Source: an uncultured Nitrososphaerota archaeon (lineage in GTDB: Archaea; Thermoproteota; Nitrososphaeria; Nitrososphaerales; Gagatemarchaeaceae). From it: DNA of 64,000 nt. The position numbers and the translations under genes are program-made. A model generated the notes under the pieces. The model saw nothing but the letters and a program-made list of their open reading frames with translations. It made no database searches and was not told where the DNA came from. How positions within the stretch are numbered: position 1 is the stretch's first letter; every line of letters starts with the position of its first letter. The DNA is taken from assembly GCA_963718895.1 (NCBI GenBank), contig CAVRAG010000004.1, forward strand, positions 160,001 through 224,000. The letters are read 5' to 3'. Shown here one piece after another: positions 10,916 to 19,999 of the stretch.

Positions 10916-11065
10916 CTATTTGTTCTTGTGGAAAGGGTCGATCTTCCTTTCGCGACCCTTGTAGTGCTCGTTACGCGGACAGTGAGGGCCACACTTCTGA
11001 CTCACAGGATGGTTATGGCCCTTGCTCTCCTCCTTCTTGTGAGGTTCCTTGTATGAATTGCTCAA
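10916..11065 (-). CDS. Putative small His/Cys protein (49 aa)
   Basis: TTG start; MSNSYKEPHKKEESKGHNHPVSQKCGPHCPRNEHY...; strong TTTATAA about 90 nt upstream. Confidence 0.4.
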   Translation of the reverse strand: MSNSYKEPHKKEESKGHNHPVSQKCGPHCPRNEHYKGRERKIDPFHKNK

Positions 11066-11300
11066 TCGACTTTTGCTCCGTCCGCGAATCCCTGTTGATG
11101 GCGAGTGTTGTGCACTCTCGACTTCATGGACATCAGGTCCCGAGGGTCTCTTATAAACCGAAGAGGGTGGCCACACGACCAGTTCTGGAGAACGTGCAAG
11201 CGGAAGAATCCTGCACCAGTCATGTTTAAGCATCGGTCATCTGAAATGGGCACTGTGAAGACGCGGCCAGACCGATCGAGGGGCAGCTAGCGAAGCAGCC

Positions 11301-11774
11301 GTGATCCGCCACGAGAGACTAGTCGCCGTGATATCCTCAGGAGATATCCGGCTCGGGGGAGCGAACGGATGCGCACTAGTAGTCACGGACGGCAGGATAG
11401 TCGGTAGCAGCCGGTCCGAGTCTCTGGGCACCCCCGAACCCTACCTATGGGTAGAAGGGGAATCGCCCGAGATAAGCCGCGCGGCGGCGCAGAAGGAGGC
11501 CGCCGAAGTTATTGAACGGAAGCTGTTCGAACTCTCGAAGGAGAGCATCTTCAAGATCCTCTACGAGGCACCCGGGCTGTTCTTTGGTGGGCGGCTGATA
11601 TTCGAGTCGGTTGGTGAGGAGGTCCAACTGGACATCAGTGTAGTTTCGGTCTGGAACCCAGGCAGCTTGTTGACCGTCGAGAAGATAATCGAAGCACTCC
11701 TCATCTTCGCCCCCGATCGACTTTACGACGAGAAGACTGGAGCCCTCGTCCGTGATGAAAATCCCCGCAGATAG
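11301..11774 (+). CDS. Hypothetical protein
   Basis: 157-aa ORF with protein-like composition. Confidence 0.55.
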   Translation: MIRHERLVAVISSGDIRLGGANGCALVVTDGRIVGSSRSESLGTPEPYLWVEGESPEISRAAAQKEAAEVIERKLFELSKESIFKILYEAPGLFFGGRLIFESVGEEVQLDISVVSVWNPGSLLTVEKIIEALLIFAPDRLYDEKTGALVRDENPRR

Positions 11775-11888
11775 GTGCGTTCCACTCACAGTATCCGAAT
11801 CGCCTTGAGGCGACGCACCCACCACTCGGCCGACGACCACCTAAGATTGTAAGCATACCTTATTCTTGAACCGCTTCAACCTAACACT

Positions 11889-12167
11889 ATGAGACCCATT
11901 GGATGGATTGCGTTGATTGTCGTGTTAGTCGCCTTGTTCGCGTTCCTTGCGCCCGTATTTCCGACCGAGACATCGAGCGACTATTTCGGTATTGTACAGG
12001 CGCGGGTCACCGCTGACGTCTCTCTGACATTCCTCGCGTCCCACTGTGGATCTTACATCAACGCGCAGTACTCGGCAACGTACCTTGGCATGCAGACCAC
12101 ACATCCGCTCTCCAAGGGCTACAACTTCTCGTGTGACGTCCAGGTGACGTCTTCATCGTCCCAATGA
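11889..12167 (+). CDS. Small membrane-anchored/secreted hypothetical protein
   Basis: N-terminal hydrophobic helix, two Cys. Confidence 0.65.
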   Translation: MRPIGWIALIVVLVALFAFLAPVFPTETSSDYFGIVQARVTADVSLTFLASHCGSYINAQYSATYLGMQTTHPLSKGYNFSCDVQVTSSSSQ

Positions 12168-12254
12168 CGACGATCTTCACGCGCCGAGGAGGCGCTGTAT
12201 TGAGGAGACCGACATGCACCGGATCCTTTCGTAGAGACGCTCCTCATCAATGGA

Positions 12255-13325
12255 TCAGGAGTTGTATTCGGCCCACAGGTTCAATGTGGTGGCGCTGCTG
12301 GGCTCCGCCACCGAGTAGAAGTTGCTCTGGATCCCGTCGCCCCACTGGGCGAAGACGAACGGCCCGTAGTTCGAGACGGCGACCTGATATGTCTCTCCCC
12401 CGTTGACATTGAAGGTGCACGGCGAGAAGCAGCTTTGCAACTTTGAACCGTCATGCCAGAGAGTGGTGTACAGCCCCCAGACCTCGTTGCCGTTTCGATC
12501 TATCGTGGTCACCGAGATTGTCCCCGCCGTACCTTGGCTGCTGGAATCGGAATCAGCCGCGGCCAGTGTCGCAGCAAGCCCATCGAGGTAGCTGGACTCC
12601 GGTGAGTACGGATTCGGCCATACCCCGTTTGTGAGATAGATGTATCCCAGATCCTTTGAGGCTGCCTGCGCGTAAGCCACATCTAGAGACTGCACGTCAT
12701 AAGCCACCACGGCAAAGTTGCTCTTTCCCGCTCCTGCATAGGCCGCGAGGGAAGTGAGGCTCGGCGCGCCAGGACTTTCGTATATGACCATCGTGTCGAC
12801 AGTTCCAATGTAGCTGGAGGGCACGCGGGCGCCAGGATTGCCCACAATCAAGGCCATCCCAATCGACTTTGCGTACGAGTTCAGGGTGGAGTAGTACCAT
12901 TCGTAGCCGGGGATGTTTGACATCTGGTCTAGATAGATCCCGTTCACGCCGTACAGGCCCTTGTAGGCGGCTATATCCGCCTCGGCGGAGGCGACGCTCC
13001 TCACGCCATAGTCAGTCCATACATAACCGATGACGGTAATTCCGGCCGACTGAAGGCTGTCTATCCCGGAGACGAAATTCGGATCCTGATACCAACCCGG
13101 ACCGTCGCTGGGGTTGATTACGGCGACCACGGGTACGTTCGGGTTCACCTGCTTCGCCCAAACTAGGTTGCTCCAGTCCGAACCCGGGTAGCTGTACAGC
13201 GGGACGATCAGCCCCGTCGCGGTCTGCGTGGATGCAGACGCTGTGTGTATGGCGCCAGGGACGAAGGACACGACGAATAGCAATCCGATAAGCGCCAGGA
13301 GTTTGGGTCCGTGGGAGCGGCGCAA
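12255..13325 (-). CDS. Secreted spherulin-4/GH135-family protein with C-terminal beta domain
   Basis: Signal peptide; LIVPLYSYP, VINPSDGPG, GYVWTDY, GIYLDQ, VGNPG, VIYE. Confidence 0.85.
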   Translation of the reverse strand: MRRSHGPKLLALIGLLFVVSFVPGAIHTASASTQTATGLIVPLYSYPGSDWSNLVWAKQVNPNVPVVAVINPSDGPGWYQDPNFVSGIDSLQSAGITVIGYVWTDYGVRSVASAEADIAAYKGLYGVNGIYLDQMSNIPGYEWYYSTLNSYAKSIGMALIVGNPGARVPSSYIGTVDTMVIYESPGAPSLTSLAAYAGAGKSNFAVVAYDVQSLDVAYAQAASKDLGYIYLTNGVWPNPYSPESSYLDGLAATLAAADSDSSSQGTAGTISVTTIDRNGNEVWGLYTTLWHDGSKLQSCFSPCTFNVNGGETYQVAVSNYGPFVFAQWGDGIQSNFYSVAEPSSATTLNLWAEYNS

Positions 13326-13521
13326 GCGGATTGAGGCGTCGAACTTTTCATATTAAATGAGTTATGAAGAAAGCCGACAGAAAATTACTATGGGGTCCCT
13401 CTTCACCTCAGCAATGGGTCTTCGGCTGGAGCGAAGCCTGTCGCAATCATAGGAAAGCCGCATCACAGGCCTGGGAAGTGCCGTTTTGGTCCTTGAGATG
13501 CTCCACAAGCTATTGAGTCGT

Positions 13522-13559
13522 ACTTTCTTCAGATAGCATAGTACGGGCGCGATTATAAA
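13522..13559 (+). promoter_or_regulatory. Promoter of the Ku operon: ACTTTC box plus TTATAAA TATA box
   Basis: ACTTTC 13522-13527, TATA 13553-13559, ATG 13591. Confidence 0.5.
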
Positions 13560-13590
13560 GCACCTATCTTCCAACTTCATCTGTCGGCCG

Positions 13591-14436
13591 ATGGCAAAGA
13601 ACATCTTCTCCGAAGTGGAGAAGCAGGCAGACAGTGCTGCGACCGCCAGGGCATCCTGGCGAGGGATACTTAGTCTGAACATCCCGACCCTAGGGCTCGG
13701 GGCGGTCGAGTACCACCTCCGAGCCGCCAAGGCCCACGGCAACCTTCAGCCTGTGAGCTACGTGAAGATAGACAAGAAGACAGGGAAGGAGGTCGTCAGC
13801 CGGGAGGTGCCTGTGATCTACAGGTACAAGGAGGGCCCGAGCGGGGAACGTCTCGACGTGCAGGAGGTCTCGAGAGACGAGGCGAAGAAGCACGTGAGGT
13901 ACGACGGCAAGTATCAGATCTCGGTCAGGAACGAGAAGAGGTTCTTTCTGAAGAACGAACTCGAGATCTCCGGCAAGTGGGTCGAGGTCCCTCTAAACCA
14001 GGTGGTGGACAAGCAGGGCGGGGAGGAGATCGAGCCCTTCGACAGGACGACTAAGATCGAGGTCGAACCGGACGGCTTCGTGCCCCTCGAGAGGCTCTCG
14101 GAGTACAAGTTCAAGGAGGTCTACCAGCTCGGGCCGGACACCGACAAGAAGGTCAAGGAGACCGCCTCGAGGATGAAGCAGCTCGCCAGGTACCTCCTCC
14201 AGAAGGACACTGCGCTCGTGTCGTTCTTCTCATGGGGGAGGGGCTACCAGTTCTACACGAGCGTGATCTACCCCTACGAGAGGAAGGACGGCAGGCTCTG
14301 GCTGCTGATGGGGCTGAGCGAGGGAATCCTGGTGCTCGACGACGCTTGGGCGCTAGAAGAGGAGGCGGACTCCGAGAGGCTCCCTGCCGTTCCGGTGGCC
14401 AGGAAGAAGAAGCCCAAGGTCACGATCGCCAAGTAG
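13591..14436 (+). CDS. ku: Divergent Ku-like DNA end-binding protein
   Basis: RASWRGILSL matches Ku RaiWkGaisf; KIEVEPDGFVPLERLSEYKFKEVYQLGPD matches tIeI..FVp..eIdpiyfdkpYyLaPd; following helix and beta hairpins; basic C-terminal tail. Confidence 0.72.
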   Translation: MAKNIFSEVEKQADSAATARASWRGILSLNIPTLGLGAVEYHLRAAKAHGNLQPVSYVKIDKKTGKEVVSREVPVIYRYKEGPSGERLDVQEVSRDEAKKHVRYDGKYQISVRNEKRFFLKNELEISGKWVEVPLNQVVDKQGGEEIEPFDRTTKIEVEPDGFVPLERLSEYKFKEVYQLGPDTDKKVKETASRMKQLARYLLQKDTALVSFFSWGRGYQFYTSVIYPYERKDGRLWLLMGLSEGILVLDDAWALEEEADSERLPAVPVARKKKPKVTIAK

Positions 14437-14464
14437 TCGGGAAGAACCCTCTGGGACGATTGTC

Positions 14465-15292
14465 ATGAGCGACCTGCTCCCGAACTATGTCCTCGAGAAC
14501 TACGCCAAGGCCGTCAAGCACGACCTCGGGACGTGGCTCCTGAAGAACCCCCTCCCATCGATTTGCGAAGAGAAGCTCGACGGGATCAGGGTCTTCCTCT
14601 TCAAGAGCGGAGAGAAACTGGTCCTCTCCAGCAAGCACGGCGCAGTCTACACCCCGAAGGGCAACCCCAAGGTCTTCGCGAGGGTCCCCGAGTTCACCCA
14701 CGCTCCCTACCAGATGATCCTCGACGGGGAGTACCTCTCGCACGAGGGGCTCTTCCTTTTCGACGTCCTCCAGGTCGACGACCGCGACGTCCGACCGATG
14801 CTCCTCACGGAGAGGAAGAAGATCCTGAGGGAGATCCTGGGCGGCACCGACCTCGAGGTCGCCTATCGACTGGTGAAGACGTCGGAGGAGATAACCGAGC
14901 ACATGAAGGAGACCCTGGACAAAGGTGGCGAGGGTCTGATCGTAAAGAACCCTTCGTCGGCGTACGGACAGCCGAACTCGTGGCTCAAACTGAAGAGGTA
15001 CGACACGGTGGACTGCTTCATCATCGACTACGAAGAGACGCAGGAGATGAGGAGGACTGGCATCCCCAGGTCATGGCGCATCGGCGTCTATGATGAGCGG
15101 GGAGAGCGCGTCGAGCTGGGGAAGGTCGGGGCTTTCGTGGAGAGTGTGGACCCACGGCAGGTGAAGATGGGGTCCGTGGTCGAGATAAGATTCCAGGAGG
15201 TCACCGACGACCAGAAGCTCAGGGCGCCCTTCATCCTCAGGGTCCGGCACGACAAGACCCCTGACGAGTGTCTTCTGTCGCAGATAAAGTAG
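14465..15292 (+). CDS. Minimal ATP-dependent DNA ligase (adenylation + OB domains only)
   Basis: EEKLDGIR, ILDGEY, FLFDVL, EGLIVK, WLKLK, LRAPFILRVRHDK. Confidence 0.93.
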   Translation: MSDLLPNYVLENYAKAVKHDLGTWLLKNPLPSICEEKLDGIRVFLFKSGEKLVLSSKHGAVYTPKGNPKVFARVPEFTHAPYQMILDGEYLSHEGLFLFDVLQVDDRDVRPMLLTERKKILREILGGTDLEVAYRLVKTSEEITEHMKETLDKGGEGLIVKNPSSAYGQPNSWLKLKRYDTVDCFIIDYEETQEMRRTGIPRSWRIGVYDERGERVELGKVGAFVESVDPRQVKMGSVVEIRFQEVTDDQKLRAPFILRVRHDKTPDECLLSQIK

Positions 15293-15840
15293 GCTGGGTG
15301 CTCTTCGTGAAGAAAGACCTGGACCCGAAGTTCGCCCGGGGGGTCGCGGAGGACTTTCTGAGGAAGACCGGGGACCTCTACGAGCGGGCCGAGCTCGCGG
15401 GCAGTCTCAGAAGGCACGCGCTCACAGTTCACGACATAGACTTCGCGGTCCTTCCCAAGGGCCGCGAGTTTGAGGCCTGGCGGGAGGAGGTGAAGCGGCG
15501 CGTCGAGGACATCGGCGGGAGTGTGATCTCGTTCGGTCAGGTGATATCCAACTTCCTATACAGCGAGGTCCAGGTCAACCTCTTCATCTGCCCGATAAAG
15601 GACTCATGGGGCGTGACGCTGATGTGGGCCACCGGTCCCAAGGGCCACACCATAGGGATGACGATCAAGGCCCGGGACAAGGGTCTCCTGATCAACTCGC
15701 AGGGCATCTGGACGAGGGATGAGCCCCGGCGGCTCATTCCCGCGAGGACCGAGAGGGAGGTCGGACGCGTGCTGGACTGGAAGTACAAAGACCCCGAGGA
15801 GAGGGGGAAGGCCGTCAAGAAGGGCCCTCTCTTCTACTAG
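15268..15840 (+). CDS. Minimal X-family DNA polymerase (palm + thumb only)
   Basis: AGSLRR..HDIDF, WATGPKGH (cf. YFTGSKeHN), GLLINSQGIW, TERE..LDWKYKDPEER; overlaps the ligase end. Confidence 0.85.
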   Translation: MSSVADKVGWVLFVKKDLDPKFARGVAEDFLRKTGDLYERAELAGSLRRHALTVHDIDFAVLPKGREFEAWREEVKRRVEDIGGSVISFGQVISNFLYSEVQVNLFICPIKDSWGVTLMWATGPKGHTIGMTIKARDKGLLINSQGIWTRDEPRRLIPARTEREVGRVLDWKYKDPEERGKAVKKGPLFY

Positions 15841-15841
15841 C

Positions 15842-16303
15842 TCAGTCTAGGCTTAGGTAGAGGAAGACGGTGTAGGCGAACACCGTGAATATGTCCGCTT
15901 CTGGAGTTGAGTAGCCGGGACCGATGGGCACCTGACCCACAAGGTCCTCGAGGACCGGGTTCGAGAGCAGGGTCTGCACGAGAAGCGCGACCAGCACGAA
16001 GACCAGCCCCAGGGCGAAGTTCGCGCTTGTCTCGAGGTACATCCTGCCATAAATCACGACCAACGCGACCAGGAGCGCCACCTCCACGGTCGTGAAGAGG
16101 ACGTGGTACGGGAAGATCGGGTTGGTCGGGAACGGATAGAAGTGGGTGCCGAAGGGACCGTCCCTCCCCCGAGTCTCGGTCATCTCCGTGCCGAACGAGA
16201 TTGCTTCGCCTGCCACGAACCCTATGGCCAGTACGACGGGCACCCACAGTTTCTGGAGATAGCGCCCTCCCTTCTTTGTCGGCTCTTCTGCTGCAGTTGT
16301 CAA
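15842..16303 (-). CDS. 4-TM membrane protein paired with an ArsR-like regulator
   Basis: Hydrophobic helices; 3 nt downstream of the HTH gene. Confidence 0.75.
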   Translation of the reverse strand: MTTAAEEPTKKGGRYLQKLWVPVVLAIGFVAGEAISFGTEMTETRGRDGPFGTHFYPFPTNPIFPYHVLFTTVEVALLVALVVIYGRMYLETSANFALGLVFVLVALLVQTLLSNPVLEDLVGQVPIGPGYSTPEADIFTVFAYTVFLYLSLD

Positions 16304-16306
16304 TCT

Positions 16307-16615
16307 TTACACTCCAACCCCGCCCTTCCTGTGGCGATTCTTCTGCAGAATCTCCAGGAGCTTGTCCCAGTGGGCTTCCATGGAGTCAGATACGAAATAG
16401 ACCCGTCCGTACTTCTCACCCGCAGTGAGCACCAGCCTGTTCGACTCGAGCACCTTGAGGTGGTGCCTGACGGTCGTGTAATCTAGATTCAGCGCGATGG
16501 AGAGCTGTTGCGCGTTTCTTGGTTCCTCCTTGATGCTGAAGAGCACGAGCTTCCTCGTGCTGGCACCAGCGCTCCCGGCGAATAACCACCACAGGAGCCG
16601 TTCGAAGGAGTCCAA
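16307..16615 (-). CDS. ArsR/winged-helix transcriptional regulator
   Basis: LLWWLFAGS, PRNAQQLS, LDYTTVRHHLKVL, YGRVYF. Confidence 0.88.
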   Translation of the reverse strand: MDSFERLLWWLFAGSAGASTRKLVLFSIKEEPRNAQQLSIALNLDYTTVRHHLKVLESNRLVLTAGEKYGRVYFVSDSMEAHWDKLLEILQKNRHRKGGVGV

Positions 16616-16795
16616 CGTCGCAGGTGGACAGGAGTCCTACCGATAATCCTGTCGGACGCGCGAAGAGAACCATAGGTCCGGGGACTTGTTCTGCCGAGAG
16701 TCGGACCATGTGGCGCCCCGCCGAGGACATGTCCTACCTCTCCGGAAAGGCGCTGTTCTCACCGGTGACCACCGGTCCTCTCCGGACCAGCCGCC

Positions 16796-17050
16796 TCAAA
16801 GGGTCCCGACTCCCGCGTCGTGGACATCCCTGAAGCCGACCGCGTCCTCTGGGACAGCCAGCAAGGAAATGCGGTCGGCGTCTCCCTGGACCGCAACACT
16901 CAGAGCGGCCATCGCAGCTCCTCCGGTCGCCGTGACCACCTCTTTCGGGCCGACCGGTCTGTCCGGGACCCTGCTTGGTTGCTCCGGATCGGCCTTGTTC
17001 GGCGAAGCGAAGTAAGCCCTGAAGAATTTGCTGGAGTGTTTCTTCGACAT
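16796..17050 (-). CDS. Small hypothetical protein
   Basis: ATG with TAAATA about 25 nt upstream; no recognisable motif. Confidence 0.4.
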   Translation of the reverse strand: MSKKHSSKFFRAYFASPNKADPEQPSRVPDRPVGPKEVVTATGGAAMAALSVAVQGDADRISLLAVPEDAVGFRDVHDAGVGTL

Positions 17051-17254
17051 GTCATCGAGCTGGGGTCGTAATCTATTTAGTGAATTTCCGAGATGACTCC
17101 ATAATCTCTGCTAAATCATCAATGAATCTCCTAGGTCTGGGGACGGTCAATCCTAGGCCAGAGATTCGGGACATCCGCGGGACGACGTCTGAGAGTGAAA
17201 CGTACACAGCTAAAGGTAGACACGTTCATAACGCATCGCTGCCCAACATGTGGC

Positions 17255-19996
17255 ATGGCTTCACTCAAACCAAGAGTAGCCCTTCCCGGGAGTGAACGCG
17301 CGCCACCGCCTGGCGCTCGAATCGCCGGGAGGGTCGACGCCAGGGAAACCGCGCGCGTCACGGTGATCCTTCGCCCCAGTCCCTCATCATCCGGCAAGAA
17401 GAAGAAGGCCGCTCTGGAGGAGGTCAGCGCACTCCTTCCCGGCGACCGACGATACCCGACGCGGGAGGAATTCGCGGCCGACTACGGCGCAACGGCCGAG
17501 GAGTTCGTCAAAGTGGAGGAGTTCGCCCGCGATTATGGGCTCGGCGTGGCGGAGGAGAACCCGGCAAGGCGCTCGGTGGTCCTCTCGGGCACGCTGGGGC
17601 AGCTTTCCCTGGCTTTCGGGGTCAAGCTCATGCGCTACAAGCACCCGAAGGGCATCTTCCGCGGGCGGTCCGGGCCGATATACCTGCCCGCCGACCTGGC
17701 CCCTCTGGTGCTCGCAGTGCTCGGCCTTGACGACCGTCCTCAGGCCAAGTCGCATCTGCGAATCCTTGGGAAGATGGCCTCCACAGGAGGCGCACCCTAC
17801 ACACCGCCGCAGGTCGCTGAGATCTACGGCTTCCCTTCGGGCCTGGACGGGAGCGGGCAGTCGCTCGCCATAATAGAGCTGGGCGGCGGATTCACGACCG
17901 GTGACCTCCAGGCGTACTTCTCGAAGCTTGGGATTCCTGATCCGAGCGTGCTCTCCATCTCGGTCGACGGAGCGGGTAATTCGCCCACCGGAGACTCGAA
18001 CGGTCCGGATACTGAGGTCATGCTCGACATCGAGGTCATCGGGAGCATAGCTCCCAAGGCACAGATCTACGTCTACTTCGCTCCCAATACGGACGCAGGC
18101 TTTGTTGACGCGGTCAGCACGGCCGTCCACGATACTTTGCACAAGCCGTCCGTCATCTCGATAAGCTGGGGCGACGCTGAGTCGAACTGGACGCAGCAAG
18201 GAATCCAGGCGCTCGACCAGGCGTTTCAAGATGCGGCGCTGCTGGGCGTAACCGTCGCGGCAGCTTCAGGCGACAACGGCTCGTCCGACGGAGTGAAGGA
18301 CGGCCTAGCCCATGTGGACTTCCCGGCATCGTCCCAGTACGCGCTGGGCTGCGGAGGGACGCGGCTGCTGGGAGCGAAGGGCGACACCGCGATCAAGAGC
18401 GAAGTAGTCTGGAATGACGGGTCGGCCGGCGGAGCTACAGGGGGTGGAGTTAGCAGCGTCTTCCCGCTGCCGAGCTGGCAGAAAGGCGCGCACGTCCCGC
18501 CCTCAGCCAACCCCGGCGGACTTGTAGGCCGGGGAGTACCAGACGTCTCCGGCGACGCCGACCCGAGCACGGGCTACCTCGTGCGCGCCGACGGGAAGCA
18601 GATCCCGGTTGGCGGCACCAGCGCCGTGGCGCCCCTTTGGAGTGCGCTCGTGGGCCTGATCAATCAACAGGCGACGAGGGCGGGCGGAAAGCCGGTGGGG
18701 TATCTCAATCCCCTGCTCTATTCCCAGGCTCTCGGTTCCGCTGGCGCCTTTCACGATATCGTCTCCGGCAACAACGGCGCCTACGACGCGGCTCCGGGAT
18801 GGGACGCGTGCACCGGCCTCGGAAGCCCGGAGGGGACGAAGCTGCTCGCGGGAATAGGCGCGAAACTTTCGCAACCCGGGGGAAGGGAGAGGGGTCCGGC
18901 CGCACCAGCGGCGTTGAAGAGCCAGACCGCAAATGCGCCAGCGCGACGACGTGTCACCGACAACGCGAGCGCTCCGCCTTCATCTCCCATCAAGAACATC
19001 GTGGTTGTCTTCCAGGAGAATCACACGTTCGACAACTACTTCGGGACCTTCCCGGGCGCTGATGGGACACTCGGCAAGGCCTACTGTCTGCCGAAGACGC
19101 AGGGGTCGAAGAGCTGCATCTCTCCCTTCCACGACACCAATCTCACTCCTGTCGACATGAACCACGACTGGACAACAGCGCACAAAGACTACGACGCGGG
19201 CAAGATGGACGGCTTCGTCTACACCGAGGGAAACCAGGAGACCATGGGCTACTACGATTCCGGGGAATTGCCGCGCTACTGGAAGGCGGCCCAGCAGTAC
19301 GTGCTCTGCGACCGGTACTTCACCTCAGTCATGAGCGAGAGCCAGCCCAACCATCTCTCGCTCGTCGCTGGGACCTGCGGGGGGATTACTGACGACACCG
19401 TTCCCGCCACCATCACCTTCCCCCCAATCTTCGAGCAGCTGGACGGAGCCGGTATCTCGTGGAAGGTGTACAGCTCCACGTCGTGGTTCCTGACCTTCGG
19501 GTACGTCCAGAAGACCCCCAGCGCCAAGGCGAACTTCGTCCCGCCTGCACAGATCGTGACCGACATCCAGAACGGGACTCTCCCCCAGGTCTCCTGGATA
19601 ATCGGGGCGGCCGGAGGCGACGAGCACCCCTCGCAGGACATCCAGCTGGGTCAGAACTATGTTGCCGACGAGATCGTCAACAGCCTGGGAGGCGGGCGCT
19701 ACTGGGACTCGGTTGCGGTGTTCGTGACCTGGGACGATTTCGGAGGCTTCTTCGACCACGTCCCGCCGCCGCAGGTCGACAAGTACGGCTACGGGTTCCG
19801 GGTTCCGTGCCTGGTCGTCTCCCCCTACGCGAAGAAGGGATTCGTCGACAGCGCCGTCAACGACCATACCTCCATCCTCAAGTTCATCGAGACGCGCTAC
19901 GGGCTCTCTCCTCTCAGCACCAGAGACGCGGCCGCTAACGGCATGCTGGAGGCGTTCGACTTTACGCAGGCGCCTCGCACCTTCCAGCCGATCTGA
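17255..19996 (+). CDS. S53 (kumamolisin/sedolisin) peptidase with prodomain, fused to a phospholipase C/acid phosphatase (phosphoesterase) domain
   Basis: [20 protein letters not shown]; then [44 protein letters not shown]. Confidence 0.9.
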   Translation: MASLKPRVALPGSERAPPPGARIAGRVDARETARVTVILRPSPSSSGKKKKAALEEVSALLPGDRRYPTREEFAADYGATAEEFVKVEEFARDYGLGVAEENPARRSVVLSGTLGQLSLAFGVKLMRYKHPKGIFRGRSGPIYLPADLAPLVLAVLGLDDRPQAKSHLRILGKMASTGGAPYTPPQVAEIYGFPSGLDGSGQSLAIIELGGGFTTGDLQAYFSKLGIPDPSVLSISVDGAGNSPTGDSNGPDTEVMLDIEVIGSIAPKAQIYVYFAPNTDAGFVDAVSTAVHDTLHKPSVISISWGDAESNWTQQGIQALDQAFQDAALLGVTVAAASGDNGSSDGVKDGLAHVDFPASSQYALGCGGTRLLGAKGDTAIKSEVVWNDGSAGGATGGGVSSVFPLPSWQKGAHVPPSANPGGLVGRGVPDVSGDADPSTGYLVRADGKQIPVGGTSAVAPLWSALVGLINQQATRAGGKPVGYLNPLLYSQALGSAGAFHDIVSGNNGAYDAAPGWDACTGLGSPEGTKLLAGIGAKLSQPGGRERGPAAPAALKSQTANAPARRRVTDNASAPPSSPIKNIVVVFQENHTFDNYFGTFPGADGTLGKAYCLPKTQGSKSCISPFHDTNLTPVDMNHDWTTAHKDYDAGKMDGFVYTEGNQETMGYYDSGELPRYWKAAQQYVLCDRYFTSVMSESQPNHLSLVAGTCGGITDDTVPATITFPPIFEQLDGAGISWKVYSSTSWFLTFGYVQKTPSAKANFVPPAQIVTDIQNGTLPQVSWIIGAAGGDEHPSQDIQLGQNYVADEIVNSLGGGRYWDSVAVFVTWDDFGGFFDHVPPPQVDKYGYGFRVPCLVVSPYAKKGFVDSAVNDHTSILKFIETRYGLSPLSTRDAAANGMLEAFDFTQAPRTFQPI

Positions 19997-19999
19997 GCA

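Noticed and set aside
13591-15840. Ku/ligase/PolX as a prophage (Mu Gam-like) module
   Set aside because: No structural, integrase or att features nearby, and composition resembles the flanking genes; a viral origin cannot be fully excluded
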